NCBI GenBank assembly: GCA_016748015.1
Contig: JAAOMT010000657.1
Span: 62,001-126,000 of the forward strand
From: Geosiphon pyriformis uo1
Taxonomy: Eukaryota > Fungi > Glomeromycota
Direction of reading: 5' to 3'
Length of the DNA: 64,000 bases
Within the stretch, counting starts at the first letter, position 1. Each line of letters begins with the position of its first letter. The position numbers and the translations under genes were made by a program. Below are positions 49,954 through 62,239 of the stretch, one piece after another. The notes under the pieces are model-generated. The model had not been told where the DNA came from. It worked only from the letters and a program-made list of their open reading frames with translations, and ran no database searches.

Positions 49954-50566
49954 ATGAACAAATATTTTCTGGACCAAAACATTCAAAACACTTTCTATAC
50001 TCTCTATGAGTATTGGATCAAAAACTATCCAAATGCTATCAACAGTGGAACTCATACTGTTATCAGACCAAAGAAAACAACTACCAAAAGAGAAAGAATT
50101 GGTAGCAAAATGGATAAGTATTTGCTGGAAAGTATAATAGCAGCCTTCTATTACAATTAGAAAAACAATTAAAGAAATCTTGCCCATAGACAAAAACTTG
50201 TCATATGGAAGACAACTAGAACTCTATGGTTGCCTTGGTGAAATCATAGAAGACATGAAGCTTATGAAGAAAACAACTTCTGAGATACAAGTGGAAATTT
50301 TGGACATTGTATGATTAGATGTTCCAAGAGTTTTGACCATTGCAAAAAGAGCCAAAACTCTTATACAAAGATTTGGTCTCTTGGACACAAAGCTCATTTC
50401 CCCTCAAGTTTTATATATCTTATCCACAAAAGACTTTAACAAACTAGTTAGTTTTAAGTTAGATAAAACCCTTCAAATAGAGTATTCCCTAAATAGTTTG
50501 ATTTTACCAGAGCTCAATCTCTTTGGAGAGGATAATATTATGGTTGAAACTCATAGTTTTTATTAG
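49954..50566 (+). pseudogene. GypB-5 ORF3 (deletions)
   Basis: ORFs 49858-50160 and 50333-50566. Confidence 0.83.
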
Positions 50567-51212
50567 TTATCACATGTATTAGCCACTGATGTCATATAAT
50601 TAGCCACCCTATTTTTAAATAGCAATCATTGACCTGATCAATGACCTGACTATTGACCTGATCATTGACCTGATCATTGACCACTTTTGATAGCTTTATA
50701 AGTGATAAATCTCTTAGCTGTAGAAAAGCATGTAATAACAAGCATCTGAATAATCAAAAATAAATAAAATAACAACTTTCATCTCAAACATTCTCTTATC
50801 GCTAATTTCCCTTTCTCTACCTTTAAGTATCTGAACATCTTAAAGATAAAAGATTACTTGTTGGCCTTTTTCTGATGTATATAATTGTAGCATTTGAAAA
50901 TTATTTGAATAAACGTGACTGAAAAGCACAAGTTGATACCTGATATTGAATTCTAAGAGTGCTGATGTGAGGCATAGAATTATACCAGTGGTGATTAATT
51001 GTTAACAGTATGGACTATCCCTCTACCTTCAGATTCCCTTGTTACCTTTTGAAAAGAATAGTGACTGAGATATTTTATGAGACTGATCTCGCACATTGAA
51101 TCCATACTCATTCAATTTGCTCATTGAAGTTGAATTCCCTTTGATTATTTCCATCACCCTACAATCCTGTTCTCCCTTGCTATCTATTAGCTTATTACTC
51201 CAACCCATAACA
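50536..51212 (+). repeat. GypB-5 3' LTR
   Basis: Follows the PPT; ends CCCATAACA. Confidence 0.92.
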
Positions 51213-53944
51213 GTATCAGTGAATCACCTTGCCTTCATTGATGACACAGTGTGGATAGCTAACTCAAGACAAGAGATGCAAAGTATTTTGGACACAGCCA
51301 GCTCCTTTTTTAAAATGGTGGATATTAAGATCAACTTAGATAAGACTGAAACAATGGTGGTCAGACCCTCCAAAAAGAGATCTTCAATGGTTGAGCCACT
51401 AAAATTTGGTCCAGACAAACAAATCTTGAAATTGTTGGATTCATCTACATGTACCCAATATTTGGGGGTATGGATCAGAGCAGATGGGAAAAATGAGACT
51501 GTTCTAAAAATGATAGGATCTGACATTGAAGCAGTATGTGCAGTCATCAGGAAAAAACACATAACTGAGAAACAGGCCATTTATATTTTTAACAGTGTAC
51601 TCAGTCCAGTTATTGAATTCAGATCTCAGTTGACTCATATTCCTAATAGCTGGGCTAGAAAATGTACTTTAAAGATTTCAGCCACTGTGAAGAAAAAAGC
51701 AAAACTTTCAGTAGATTTCCCAGCCAGTGCCATGTATCACTCATCCTTGTATAACTTGTTCAAAATTAATGATATACAAGCAAAAAGCCAGATCACAGAT
51801 TTGTTAGTTAGATTGAACAGTGCTGATATTGTTAGAATGGCTACAAAAATCAGACTAGCCAACTTGCAGGCACAAAGATGGTCAGCTTATAGTATACTTG
51901 AATATCCCACTAATGAACGATCTAAGCCAGGGGTTAATCTTATAGCAAACATTATACAGATGATGGAAAAAAGAGGCATCTCATTCAAGAGCAATGGTAA
52001 CACACATGGGGTACCTGAATCTTCAAGACCACAGACATATTTAATTGAGTCTATCTTACCTTCAAGTGAAACCTACATTAAAGTTAGAAGCTTACTAAGA
52101 AAGAAAAACATGTTGTACTTGCATCAGATACAGAACAAAAATGAGTCATTGATGACATGAATGGACTTCACAAGGAAGTACAGACAAAGCAATAGTGGTA
52201 GAATTTCCAGATGGTTTAAGATTTTAGAATCTACAATCATTATGGATAAGTACAGAAACATTGATGTAGCACAATGTGAGACATTGGGTATGCACATACT
52301 GACTAACCAAATACCAGATGATTGAGAAACAATGCAAAGAAACATTATTTATATCCATATCCCTGACACTTTACTACCACAATAGAAGTGTGTACAAGAG
52401 AAGTTAAGACTCAGGAAAAAAATAGAAATATCAACAGATGGCTCACTGGTAAGAGCTGGTTCTGAGGAAGCAAAAGGAGCAGCTGCTTTTATAACACATG
52501 GGATAGAGGCCGAATTTGGTATAGCAATTGATGGAACATTATCATTAACAAAAGCAGAGGCAAAGGCTGTATTGCTAGCTTTGGAAGCAGTGCCTTACAG
52601 ATGCAAACTAACAATAAACACAGATAGTTAAGCAGTAATGGCAATGGCTCAAAGATGGTTGTCTAAAGATTCTCCCCTGTCTATTAGAAATCAGCTCAAA
52701 ACTTCAAACTGGTGCACATAGAATGCAATCAGAGTGATAATAAGGGAAAAAAAGATTGATCTCAACATGAACAAAGTGGCAGCATATGCTGGTATATTAG
52801 AAAATGAAAAGGCTGACAAACTAGCCAAAGGATCTATTACTCTTGATACAGTGAGGTGGGCCTACAATGCTAAGGAGACTGCATACATTTTTGTTTGTGG
52901 AGGAGTTGAATTAGATCTAAACATCAGACATTTTCTGAACAAACAGGCTAGTCTTCAATCAGCTTTAGACTGGATAGGCAACAACAAAGTCTAAGAGACA
53001 ATAGGATCTTTAGACCAAGATATAGACTGGATATGCACAACCAAGATTTGGAACTGGGATAGAAAGATGTCATCTGGCTTCATTTCAGCTGGTTCTTCAG
53101 CAATGCACACATTTATTATGAAATCATTTCACAACATGCTGCCAATAGCAGAGGTGCTATACAACAGATGTCTCCATGTATACCTGAATAATCTTTGCAA
53201 GACATGTTACAGAGAAGTGAAAACCAACTGGCACTTTTGGGAATGCTCTCTGAACACCCAAAAGGGCAAGACACTGATTGATGATGTAAAAGATAAGTGA
53301 ATACAGTGCCTTTCAGAGGCTGTGAAAGGGGGATGTGAAGCCCATAATACTGATGAGAAGATTGTACTGTCTAATGAATACATTATGTCAATGTCTAACA
53401 TAGATCTGCTATGTAAAGGACTGATCAATAAGCAATTTAGAAGAATCAATGCTTTTTCTGACATCAACCTGAGGATTAGCAATAATGTATTAATTAAGGT
53501 GTGTAAATGGGCAGTTACTCAAGCAAGAAATAGATTGTGGGGAGAACATTGCAAATTGCAAACTGAATGGGAAAAAACAATGGGTATTGATAATAGGGTC
53601 AAGAGAAATCCAACTGGTGGTTCCAGTATACATAGCACTTCAAGAAATAGTGGTAAAGATAATGGCAAACCCATAGTCAAAATAGGTGATGTTTTCACAC
53701 AGTGTAATGGTATACTGACTAATGTTTTTTGTGGTAAGAATACTTTGTGTAATAGTGTAATACCCCATAGATTTTTTGGTTATACTAGCATGTAGTTAGG
53801 CATAACCACTTAGTAGTTAGCCACATCTTGTAATTTAGATTATTGGGTGAGTTGGCTTTATGAAAAAGTCATGCTTTTTAAGTGTGGCTAAACTAATAAA
53901 AGACCAGCGTGGCTACACATTAACAAAAAAAAAGAAAAAAAGAA
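51213..53944 (+). mobile_element. LINE-b 3' part: RT C-terminal half, RNase H, CCHC finger, 3' UTR, poly(A) tail
   Basis: AFIDD, YLGVWI, TDGS...AE...TDS...NEKADKLAK, CKTC-x7-HFWEC; AATAAA at 53895 and A-tail at ~53922-53944. Confidence 0.9.
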
Positions 53945-55062
53945 TGTGAGAATATAGCTGCTGTTATACTTTCTAACAAATATTTATCCATTTTACTACC
54001 AATTTTTTCTCTTCTGGTAGTAGTTTTCTTTGGTTTAATAACAATATGGGTTCCATTGTTATCAGTTATGGTGGTCTGTTTTTCAATGGTCAGAGTAGTA
54101 TTTGAATAGTTTTTAATTCAATACTCATGGAGAGTATAGAAAACATTTTGAATGTTTTGATCCAGAAAAATATTGTTCATGTCAATTGAAAATACCTTTG
54201 TTTTGGAAATGGTACATTTATTTATACTATATTTTTGCTGATTATTTGAACCAATCAGGTCGTTTATGATATTTTTTGAGTCATGTACTATGAACAAGAT
54301 GATTATTAAAGATGGTTCCAGATTGATCTTGAAGAATATATGAACCATTGTTCAAAACTTTGTTAGCTAAAAAGTGTCCTTTTCACCAGCTAGAGAATTT
54401 ATTACCATAGACATTGTCTCTATCTAAATAGTATTCCAATACCAAGTCACCAATACTTAAAGAAAATATTTTATAGGTTTTCTTTTTTTTATCATTTCAA
54501 AAACAATTATTTGTGCTTCTACTAATGAGTCAAGAATGATACCAAGTCTTCTTTACAAATGTTTTTATAATTTCCTATTGTGATTTCTTCAAAGAGTATT
54601 GTTTCAATATCAGTTTCTATTGGTAGTGTTGCCATGCATTCATAAAGCAGATAAAAAGATTCATAACTTGTTATGTTATGATTCACAGTTCTATAAGCAA
54701 ACAAAGCTGAAGGCAGTACTTTGTCTCATAAGTTTGTTTCTTTACTGGTTTTGGCTAAGGTTTTACATAGTGTTCTATTGAAATGTTTTACTAGGCTATT
54801 TATTTGGGGATGGTAAGGGGAGGAAAGTTTATAATGTATTCCCATTTTTCTGTAAAGTTCTTCAACCAGTGTACTGAGAAAAGCTTTTTCTCTATCAGAT
54901 AAAAGTTTTTTGGGGCAGCCATAATGGCAGATGATATCTTTATAAATAAAATTGGCTATTGAGACTGCTATTTGGTCTGAAGTGGCTCTTGCTTTTACCA
55001 ACTTTGTAAGATAGTCAGTAGCTGTGATAATGTATCTGTTGTCATCAGAAGTTATTGTTAAA
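53945..55062 (-). mobile_element. GypB-8 old internal fragment (INT and ORF3), target of LINE-b and LINE-c
   Basis: ORFs 54726-55001, 54522-54704 and 54118-54348 match GypB INT and ORF3. Confidence 0.85.
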
Positions 55063-57267
55063 AAACTTTTTCTCTCCTAAATTTATGACCACGATTAGAG
55101 CTAAGAGTAAAAAAGTTTCAAACATTACTTTTCCTATTGTAACTAATAAAGTTTCAACATGAGAGGGTCTTTCTGTTATTGAAGCAGCTAGACAAAACGT
55201 TCTGGCTACATTTCCTTTAAAAAACACTAGCAAAAAGCTGCCTTTAACAGCTTCTGGTTCATTTTTTTCTCCTCTGGCTGGAAGTTCTTCTCCAGTCAAA
55301 GTTTCTTCAAAAAGGCACACTCAGGTTAGTCCCAGTGTTGTTTCTACCATTTCAAAAAGCCCAAAAATTTTTAATAACAGACCAGTCAACAAGTTGATCT
55401 TTTCTGCTCTTACCACTACTACTACTTCTACTATTACAACTGCTTCACAAATGGCCGCAAAAGCCAAAAATTCCAAAAAACAGTAGTAGGCAGTCACAAC
55501 TGCTATGATGACACTGAACTCCTTTGTGGTTCCAGATGAGATCTTAGAAAAGATCTTCACAGCAGCAGTTAGCTCTTTTCCTGATATGAATAGTAACAGC
55601 AATGGCACATCTCACAAGATAAGAAAAGATCAACCACAGGCTGTGTTGTCTAATGTAGTACTCTCTGGCAGATCTTCACCTGTCATAGTAGCAAAACAAT
55701 CCATCACTCCAGATGATCTTAAAGATTGGGCTGATCAGATGGAAATGGAATTGACTGATCCTCCCCCAGTTTCTGACACTACTAATGGTGGTGCTTGGAA
55801 GAATGTGAATGGTCATCAAAGATTTTCTGGTTGGGTGGCCTCCAATCTTGTGTCTAATAGTACATTTAAGATCAAAATGGCCCTGCTTAGTTCCTTGTTT
55901 CAGCTGCTGCCTGGTTGTATTGGGCTTAAGTCAGTTTCACAAGATGCTGTCAAGTTGTTTTGTGTGGAATTTGCATCTCAAGAGAGTCTAAATGGTGCCA
56001 TCAAAGTGGTCATTGGTGATGAAGTTTTTCTGACCACTTTTAAGATTGTGCAGTCTTCTGGTGTGGCCTCTGTATTTTTTCCTCCTATATCTGTTGCACT
56101 TCGCAATGTTCCCTTGGGTATCTTTCCTGATAACATCAAAGCTGCTCTTGGCATTTTTGGTGTTATCACTTCTGTTAAGTTAAAGCCAGCTGGCCTGTGG
56201 CAATATGCTGTGGTTCACTTCAAAGACGTTTCTTCTACTGCTGAGGCTCTCAAACACTGGTCTGTGCTGGTCAAAAAAGATAGTGTCAGAATTTTTCCTG
56301 TAGTTAACCAAAGAAAGGTTATTGCTTCAAGAGATGCATTTAATGCTAAGTTGGTTAATCTTCTCTTTGGTTGTACTGCCTTTGAGATTAGTGATTTGGT
56401 TTCCCAGGTTGGTGGCCAAACCTGTTTCATTTTCCAATTCCCTGATTTATACTGATGTCAACAGTTTGTTGTGATTACCTTCAATTCTCTGGAATTCTTG
56501 AACAATGCTGTGTTAAAAACTGGTACCTTGTGTGGTTGCCATATCTAGTGGGAGACTTCTGGATGCTGTCACTGCTACAGGTGTTAAGGTTTGGATCATT
56601 TAGCTGTGGACTGCAAAGTGTCACCACCTCTTCCTCCCAAGTCTGGTCCCAACTCCACTGGTGGTTCCAAAGTTTTCAAGTCTTCATTTGTTGGAGCTAA
56701 GTCTTATGCCAAAGCTGTTGCTTTTGTGGTTTCTCCTGCTGCTGGTATAGATCCTGTTCTTGGTTTACCTCCCAAAGTTGTAGCACCCATGGCTCCTGGC
56801 GTTTCCCCTGTTCCAATTGCTGTTGTTGAATTCAGATTGGCTTCTATGGAATTCCATCTCAATGAGTTGGCATTGTTGGTTAAGTCTATAATTGAACCTG
56901 TTGGTTCTCTGGTTGTGCTGGTTACCAAACTGCTGTCTACTCTACCAGCTGTGGACATGACATTGAGAGAAAGTGTAGTGGATTTGGAAAGACAAGTTAA
57001 AGCTGTGGCTGTTGTGGCTTCTATGTTGAATAGAGACATTAAGTCCCTGACAAAAAAGTGTGATTGAATCTCCTTGGAAGATATATCTGATAATGATGAT
57101 ATGGATAATAACAATGATGAGGTTAAAGACTTTTCAGTCTATGATGACACCTTTGATATGATGATGCAACTGTGGAAGGTTCAGCCTCCTAGTATCAAAT
57201 CCAATCCTGATCAGACTGCTAAGTAGATGAGTGGTATGGTTAAGAATAATCATTAGCTTGTTAGCAT
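55063..57267 (+). mobile_element. LINE-c 5' part: ORF1 pseudogene (two RRM-like domains, CCHC knuckle, coiled coil)
   Basis: ATG at 55085; LRNVPLG...YAVVHF...VRIFP, AKLVNL, CYRCxGLDHLAVDC; similar to LINE-a ORF1. Confidence 0.78.
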
Positions 57268-57766
57268 TGTTACAGTTGAAACTCATAGTTTTTATTAGTT
57301 ATCACATGTATTAGCCACTGATATCATATAATTAGCCAACCTATTTTTAGATAGTAATCATTGACCTGATCAATGACCTGACCATTGACCTGATCATTAA
57401 TCTGATTATTGACCTGGTCATTGACCACTTTTCATAGCTATATAAGCAATAAGTCTCTTAGCTGTAGAAATGTATGTTTCCAACAATCAAAGAAATATAA
57501 TAAAACAACTTTCATCTCAAACATTCTCTTATCGCTAAATTTTCCTTTTCCTACCTTCAAGTATCTGAACATCTTTTGGATAAAAGATTTCTTGTTGGTG
57601 TTTATCTGCCTTTTCCTGAAATGATTAAACAAAGTATTTGAAGATTATTGAATAAATGTGACTGAAGAGCACATCTGATACTTGATATTAAATTCAAAGA
57701 GCACTGACATGAGGCATAGAATTATACCAAGTGTGATAATTTGTTGATAATATGGACTATCCCTCT

Positions 57767-57827
57767 ACCTTCAGATTCCCTGGTTACCTTTGAAAAGTAT
57801 AGCGACTGAGATATTTTATGAGACTGA
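57767..57827 (+). promoter_or_regulatory. U5 boxes ACCTTCAGATT and TTATGAGACTGA complementary to the tRNA-Met(e) anticodon arm
   Basis: Conserved across GypB LTRs (occasional single transitions) around a variable 26-38 nt spacer. Confidence 0.65.
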
Positions 57828-57960
57828 TCTCGCACATTGAATCCATACTCATTCAATTCACTCTTTAAAATTGAATTCCCCTTTGATTATTTTCATCACT
57901 TTACAATCCTGTTCTCCCTTACTATCCGTTAGCTTGTTACTCCAACCCATAACATAAAAA

Positions 57961-57979
57961 TGGTGCTCCCTGTGAGGTT
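57961..57979 (+). promoter_or_regulatory. GypB-9 PBS
   Basis: TGGTGCTCCCTGTGAGGTT. Confidence 0.88.
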
Positions 57980-58006
57980 GTCAAAATTCACTTATTTCCT
58001 CATTGT

Positions 58007-59526
58007 ATGAGTAATTATTCATATCTGCCACAGCAATCAGAAGAACACTTTGCAGTACATAACAGAAATGATCTAGACTTTATTGAACTCAATCCCTTGC
58101 CCTCCTGCTTGATCTGCTTTCCCCTTGAAGAACAATCTAGTAGACAATTCCAAGACTTTTGAAACTGGTTCCTGAATGAGCATATACAACTTATTACTTA
58201 TTTTGAAGACAACTTTGAAGAAAAAAATAATAGCATCAATCAGCTTTTATACTCCACAACTTTCACACAACAGCCCCCTGATTTCAAATATCTGAATCAC
58301 CAAATACACATTTGGGTTGCTGCTCACCAATCAACTATAACTTCCCTTGAAACAGAAGAAGAAAGTTACCAAACTGCTCCTATTTTTGATCTCTTTTTAA
58401 GTGAATCAGAACATTTCACTCAAACAGTAATCCCTGAACCAATGGTCCAAGACCCCATGCAAGCAAACATTCTGGCCGCCCTCCAAGGCATACAAACTGC
58501 TTTGGGGCAAAGAAACAACACCCCATTACCCCTATTCAGAGGTGATGCCCAAGATCCAATTGAATGGTTGGACGATTTTGAAAGAGCAGCCACTGCAAAC
58601 CAGTATGATGATGAATACAAGTTCCAAATTGTTGGTGGCTACCTTCAAGACTCCTCTGCTACCTGGTTTTCACAAGAAACCAATGCTGGTGCTTAACAAA
58701 GAATTGTTAGATAGACTCCAGCAAATATTGGAGAAAACAATACCTCTTTCACTACCTGGTTTGAAAACAAATTCAGAACCCCCATCTTAATATCCAAATG
58801 GCATATGGAATTAGAAAGAAGAACCCAAGGTCCTGGTGAAGTTGTGACCGAATATGCCAAAGCAATCAGAAAACTCATCAAGCATGTAGACTCTGGTAGA
58901 AACTGGACTGAAGAGCAAAAGATCCACTCCTTCACAAAAGAATTGAGAACTGATTTATCATATGCTCTTTGGCCTCTTTTGGCTTTAAAAGATAATCCCA
59001 CCATGGATATAGCCATTGAACTCGCCCAAAGAATTGAAGACAATCAAAGAATGCATTTGGGATCCACACTTCCAGTTTTTGCTCCTGCTCCTGTTATGGC
59101 TCCTACTCCTCAAATGGCCACTACTTTTTTTACTGCCCAGACACAAGATCCAAATGAACAATTAATAGATAGACTTACAGCAAATCTTGCTTGGCTATTA
59201 GAACCATTAGCCCAAGCAGTCAGAGATAACCAGCAACCACAAAGACCCAGATTTGAAAACCGTTTTAATCAGCCCCAGCAACCCCCTTACCAAAGACAGC
59301 AAAATCATGGCCCTCCTGTGTGTTATAGATGTGAATTAACTGGACATTTCTCCAGAGATTGCAACAATCCTCCTTTGCCTCCTCCAGTTCCTAGAAACAA
59401 TGACAACCAGAACAACAGAATCAATAACAACAATGCCCCCAATCAAAGACCTAATTATGCCAATATCAATTTCTTTGGAGAGGATCCCTAGTTGAAGCCA
59501 CAGTTTACCAGCCTTTAAACTGGTAG
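58007..59526 (+). pseudogene. gag: GypB-9 gag
   Basis: ORFs 58442-58696 and 58805-59491. Confidence 0.88.
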
Positions 59527-62174
59527 GCACACCTCTAAAGGGTGAGAGTGCAAGCCAACCAAAAGAAAACCCCTTTTATGCTTTTAACTTAACTGATGAT
59601 GACCATGACATAGATGAACTAGCAATTAACACCTCAGAATCAACAAGGAAGAAGAAGAAAGCCAAGGTTGATTTCATTTTAGATCCAAATAAACCATTCA
59701 CATCAACTGCTGATAATAATGAGCCACCAAAGGCTAAAGTTTTTAAGAATCCTCCAAAGTTGAAACCCCCAGAAATAGTACAAAAATCTGGTCCTTATTC
59801 TGTTGTCAAAGATCTCATGGAAACTCCTGCACACATTACTTTTGACCAACTAATGACCCACCCACAATTCAGAAAAGATCTCCACAAATCTCTAATTCCT
59901 AAGAAAAAAACACCAAAAACCAATAAACGCCTTTGCCAAGCTGGACTTGCTGACAACAGCAATGTCACCCCATTAATTTGTAAAGCCCAAGTGGCTGGCT
60001 ATTTCATTGACTTGATCCTGGACAGTGGATCATCTGTTAGCGTCATTGCCAAACACTTTTTGGAAGCAATTGGGAGAAAAATTGATGAACCTTCCACCTG
60101 ACCAATGACCAATATACATGGTGACAAGAAGAAAGGTCTGGGCATAGCCAAAGCTGTTCCTGTCCGTATCAATGGCATCAGCATTGAAACTGACATGGAA
60201 GTTTCTGAAGCCAAGGAATACAATATTATTGTTGGAAATAAATGGCTCAAGAAAGCCAAAGCATTACTTGACTATAAACTTTGTAAGCTAACTATCAGAT
60301 GTAGTGAGAAGCCTATTGTGGTTAAGTGTTGCCACTGGACAATCCCTCCAACACTAAAACAGAATCAGGAAGAAAAACAATCAGAGGAATCAGATGATAA
60401 AGAAAGTGATAATGAAGAAGAACAAGAGGAACAAGAAGAAACTGCTGAACTTGCCTATACCACCTTCATCAGCAATGGCAAGCCACTGGACAATGTCAAA
60501 GCTGACAGAGAAGGAATCATTGTAAATGGCAAGCTGATCTGCTGGCCCTACTATGATATCCTAAGAAAAACTTTTGACCAAAAGCCTAGCAAGAAAGCCA
60601 AGTACCATTATTGGTGGCATGGTCCTTATGCCCAGTGCTGGTGCAAATCCTGCCTGATCTATTACAAAGATTGGGAACCAATCAGTTTAATACCAAGAGA
60701 AGAATTAAAAGAAGTACAGAAGTCCTTTGAAAATGAACCACCTGAAATCCAATTATTAGTTGTAGAACAAAGAGAACTCTCCCCAGAAGAAAGAAAGATA
60801 GACATTAAAAATCTGTTGGCTAGAAATAGCCCAGTTATCTCAAAAGAAGGTGATACCTCAGGACGAACTCATGTGATACAACACACCATCACCACCAGAG
60901 AAACTTGCCCCATCCATTTGAAACCATATTAATCCAATTAGCACAATGATGAATTCATCAAGAAAGAGATAAACCAGATGAAAAAACTTGGATTCATACA
61001 AGAAACCAAGAGTGAATGGGCTTTTCCAGTTGTAGTGGTATCCAAGAAAGGTGGAACCCTACATTTCTGTGTTGACTACCACCAATTAAATGCCATCACT
61101 GAAAGAGACATGTACCCACTTTCCAAGATTAATGCAATGCTGGACCAATTTAAAGATGCTGCTTTCTTTTCAACCATTGATCTAACTGCTGGATTCTGGC
61201 AAGTAGAGATGGATCCAGAAAGCCGGAAGAAAACTGCCTTTATCACCAAGTATGATACCTATGAATTCACAGTTGTGCCTTTTGGTCTCACTAATGCCTC
61301 TCCCATCTTTCAATGCTTAATGGATAAAGTATTTGAATCAGTGAAAGAAAACTTTGTTTTGGTCTATCTGGACAATATAATGGTATACTCAAAAACCTGG
61401 GATGAACATCTTGTACATTTGCAAAAGGTTTTTGATCTTCTCAGAAATGCAGGTCTCAAGATCAACCTAATCAAATCTTTCTTTGGAAGACAATCCACCC
61501 AATTCTTTGGTCATTTTATCACAAAAGATGGAATCTTTCCTGACCCAGCTAAGGTTGAAAAAGTCCAGAACATTAGACAACCAATGAATGTTTATGAACC
61601 ATGCTCTTTCCTTGGTTTGGCTTCCTATTATCACAAATTTGTTAAGAATTTCTCCAAAATAGCTGCTCCACTTAATCAGCTACTCAGGAAAAATGTCAAC
61701 TACCATTGGGGCACACACCAACAAAAAGCTTTTGAAACTCTAAAGGAAAAACTAGTTACTGAACCAATTCTGAAGCAACCTGATCTAGATCAACCTTTCA
61801 TCCTCTATACTGATGCATCTGGCTATGAACTTGGAGCTGTTCTATCCCAGAAAAATGAAGATGGCAAAGAACATGCCATAGCATATGCCAGTAGAACTCT
61901 CTCACCAGCAGAGCAGAACTACTCAGTGACTGAACAATAATGCCTGGCAGTAGTATGGGCTACTAGTTATTGGAACAAATATCTTCTTGGTGCCAAATTC
62001 CTGGTAGTAACAGATCACCAAGCTTTGGTTTGGTTACACAACAAAAAGAAGCTGGAACATAAAAGAATAACTCACTGAATACTCCACTTGGATGAATTTG
62101 ACTATGATATTCAACATTGCAAAAGAGCACATCATCAAAACACTGATGCTCTCTCTAGACTTACCATTCAGTGA
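59514..62174 (+). pseudogene. pol: GypB-9 pol (PR-RT-RH)
   Basis: ORFs 59760-60101, 60105-60932 and 60978-61940. Confidence 0.92.
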
Positions 62175-62239
62175 CAATACAACTACCTCAAACCAAACCA
62201 ACCTAATTATTAGTAATTCTCTCACAACCAAACACGATA

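Larger units (their letters stand above)
28351..51212 (+). mobile_element. GypB-5 full-length Gypsy element containing nested GypB-6 and GypB-7, inserted in LINE-b RT
   Basis: 5' LTR 28351-28412 plus 35580-36162; 3' LTR 50536-51212; TSD GTGT/GTAT restores LINE RT ...SLLV|SVNHLAFIDD. Confidence 0.9.

Noticed and set aside
51096-51212. Hydrophobic N-terminus of the 354-aa ORF as a signal peptide
   Set aside because: Chance read-in from the GypB-5 LTR, in frame with LINE RT
55045-57114. Host RRM gene or antisense genes
   Set aside because: Domain pattern matches LINE ORF1, with stops and a frameshift; minus-strand ORFs here and elsewhere are shadows of TE coding sequence
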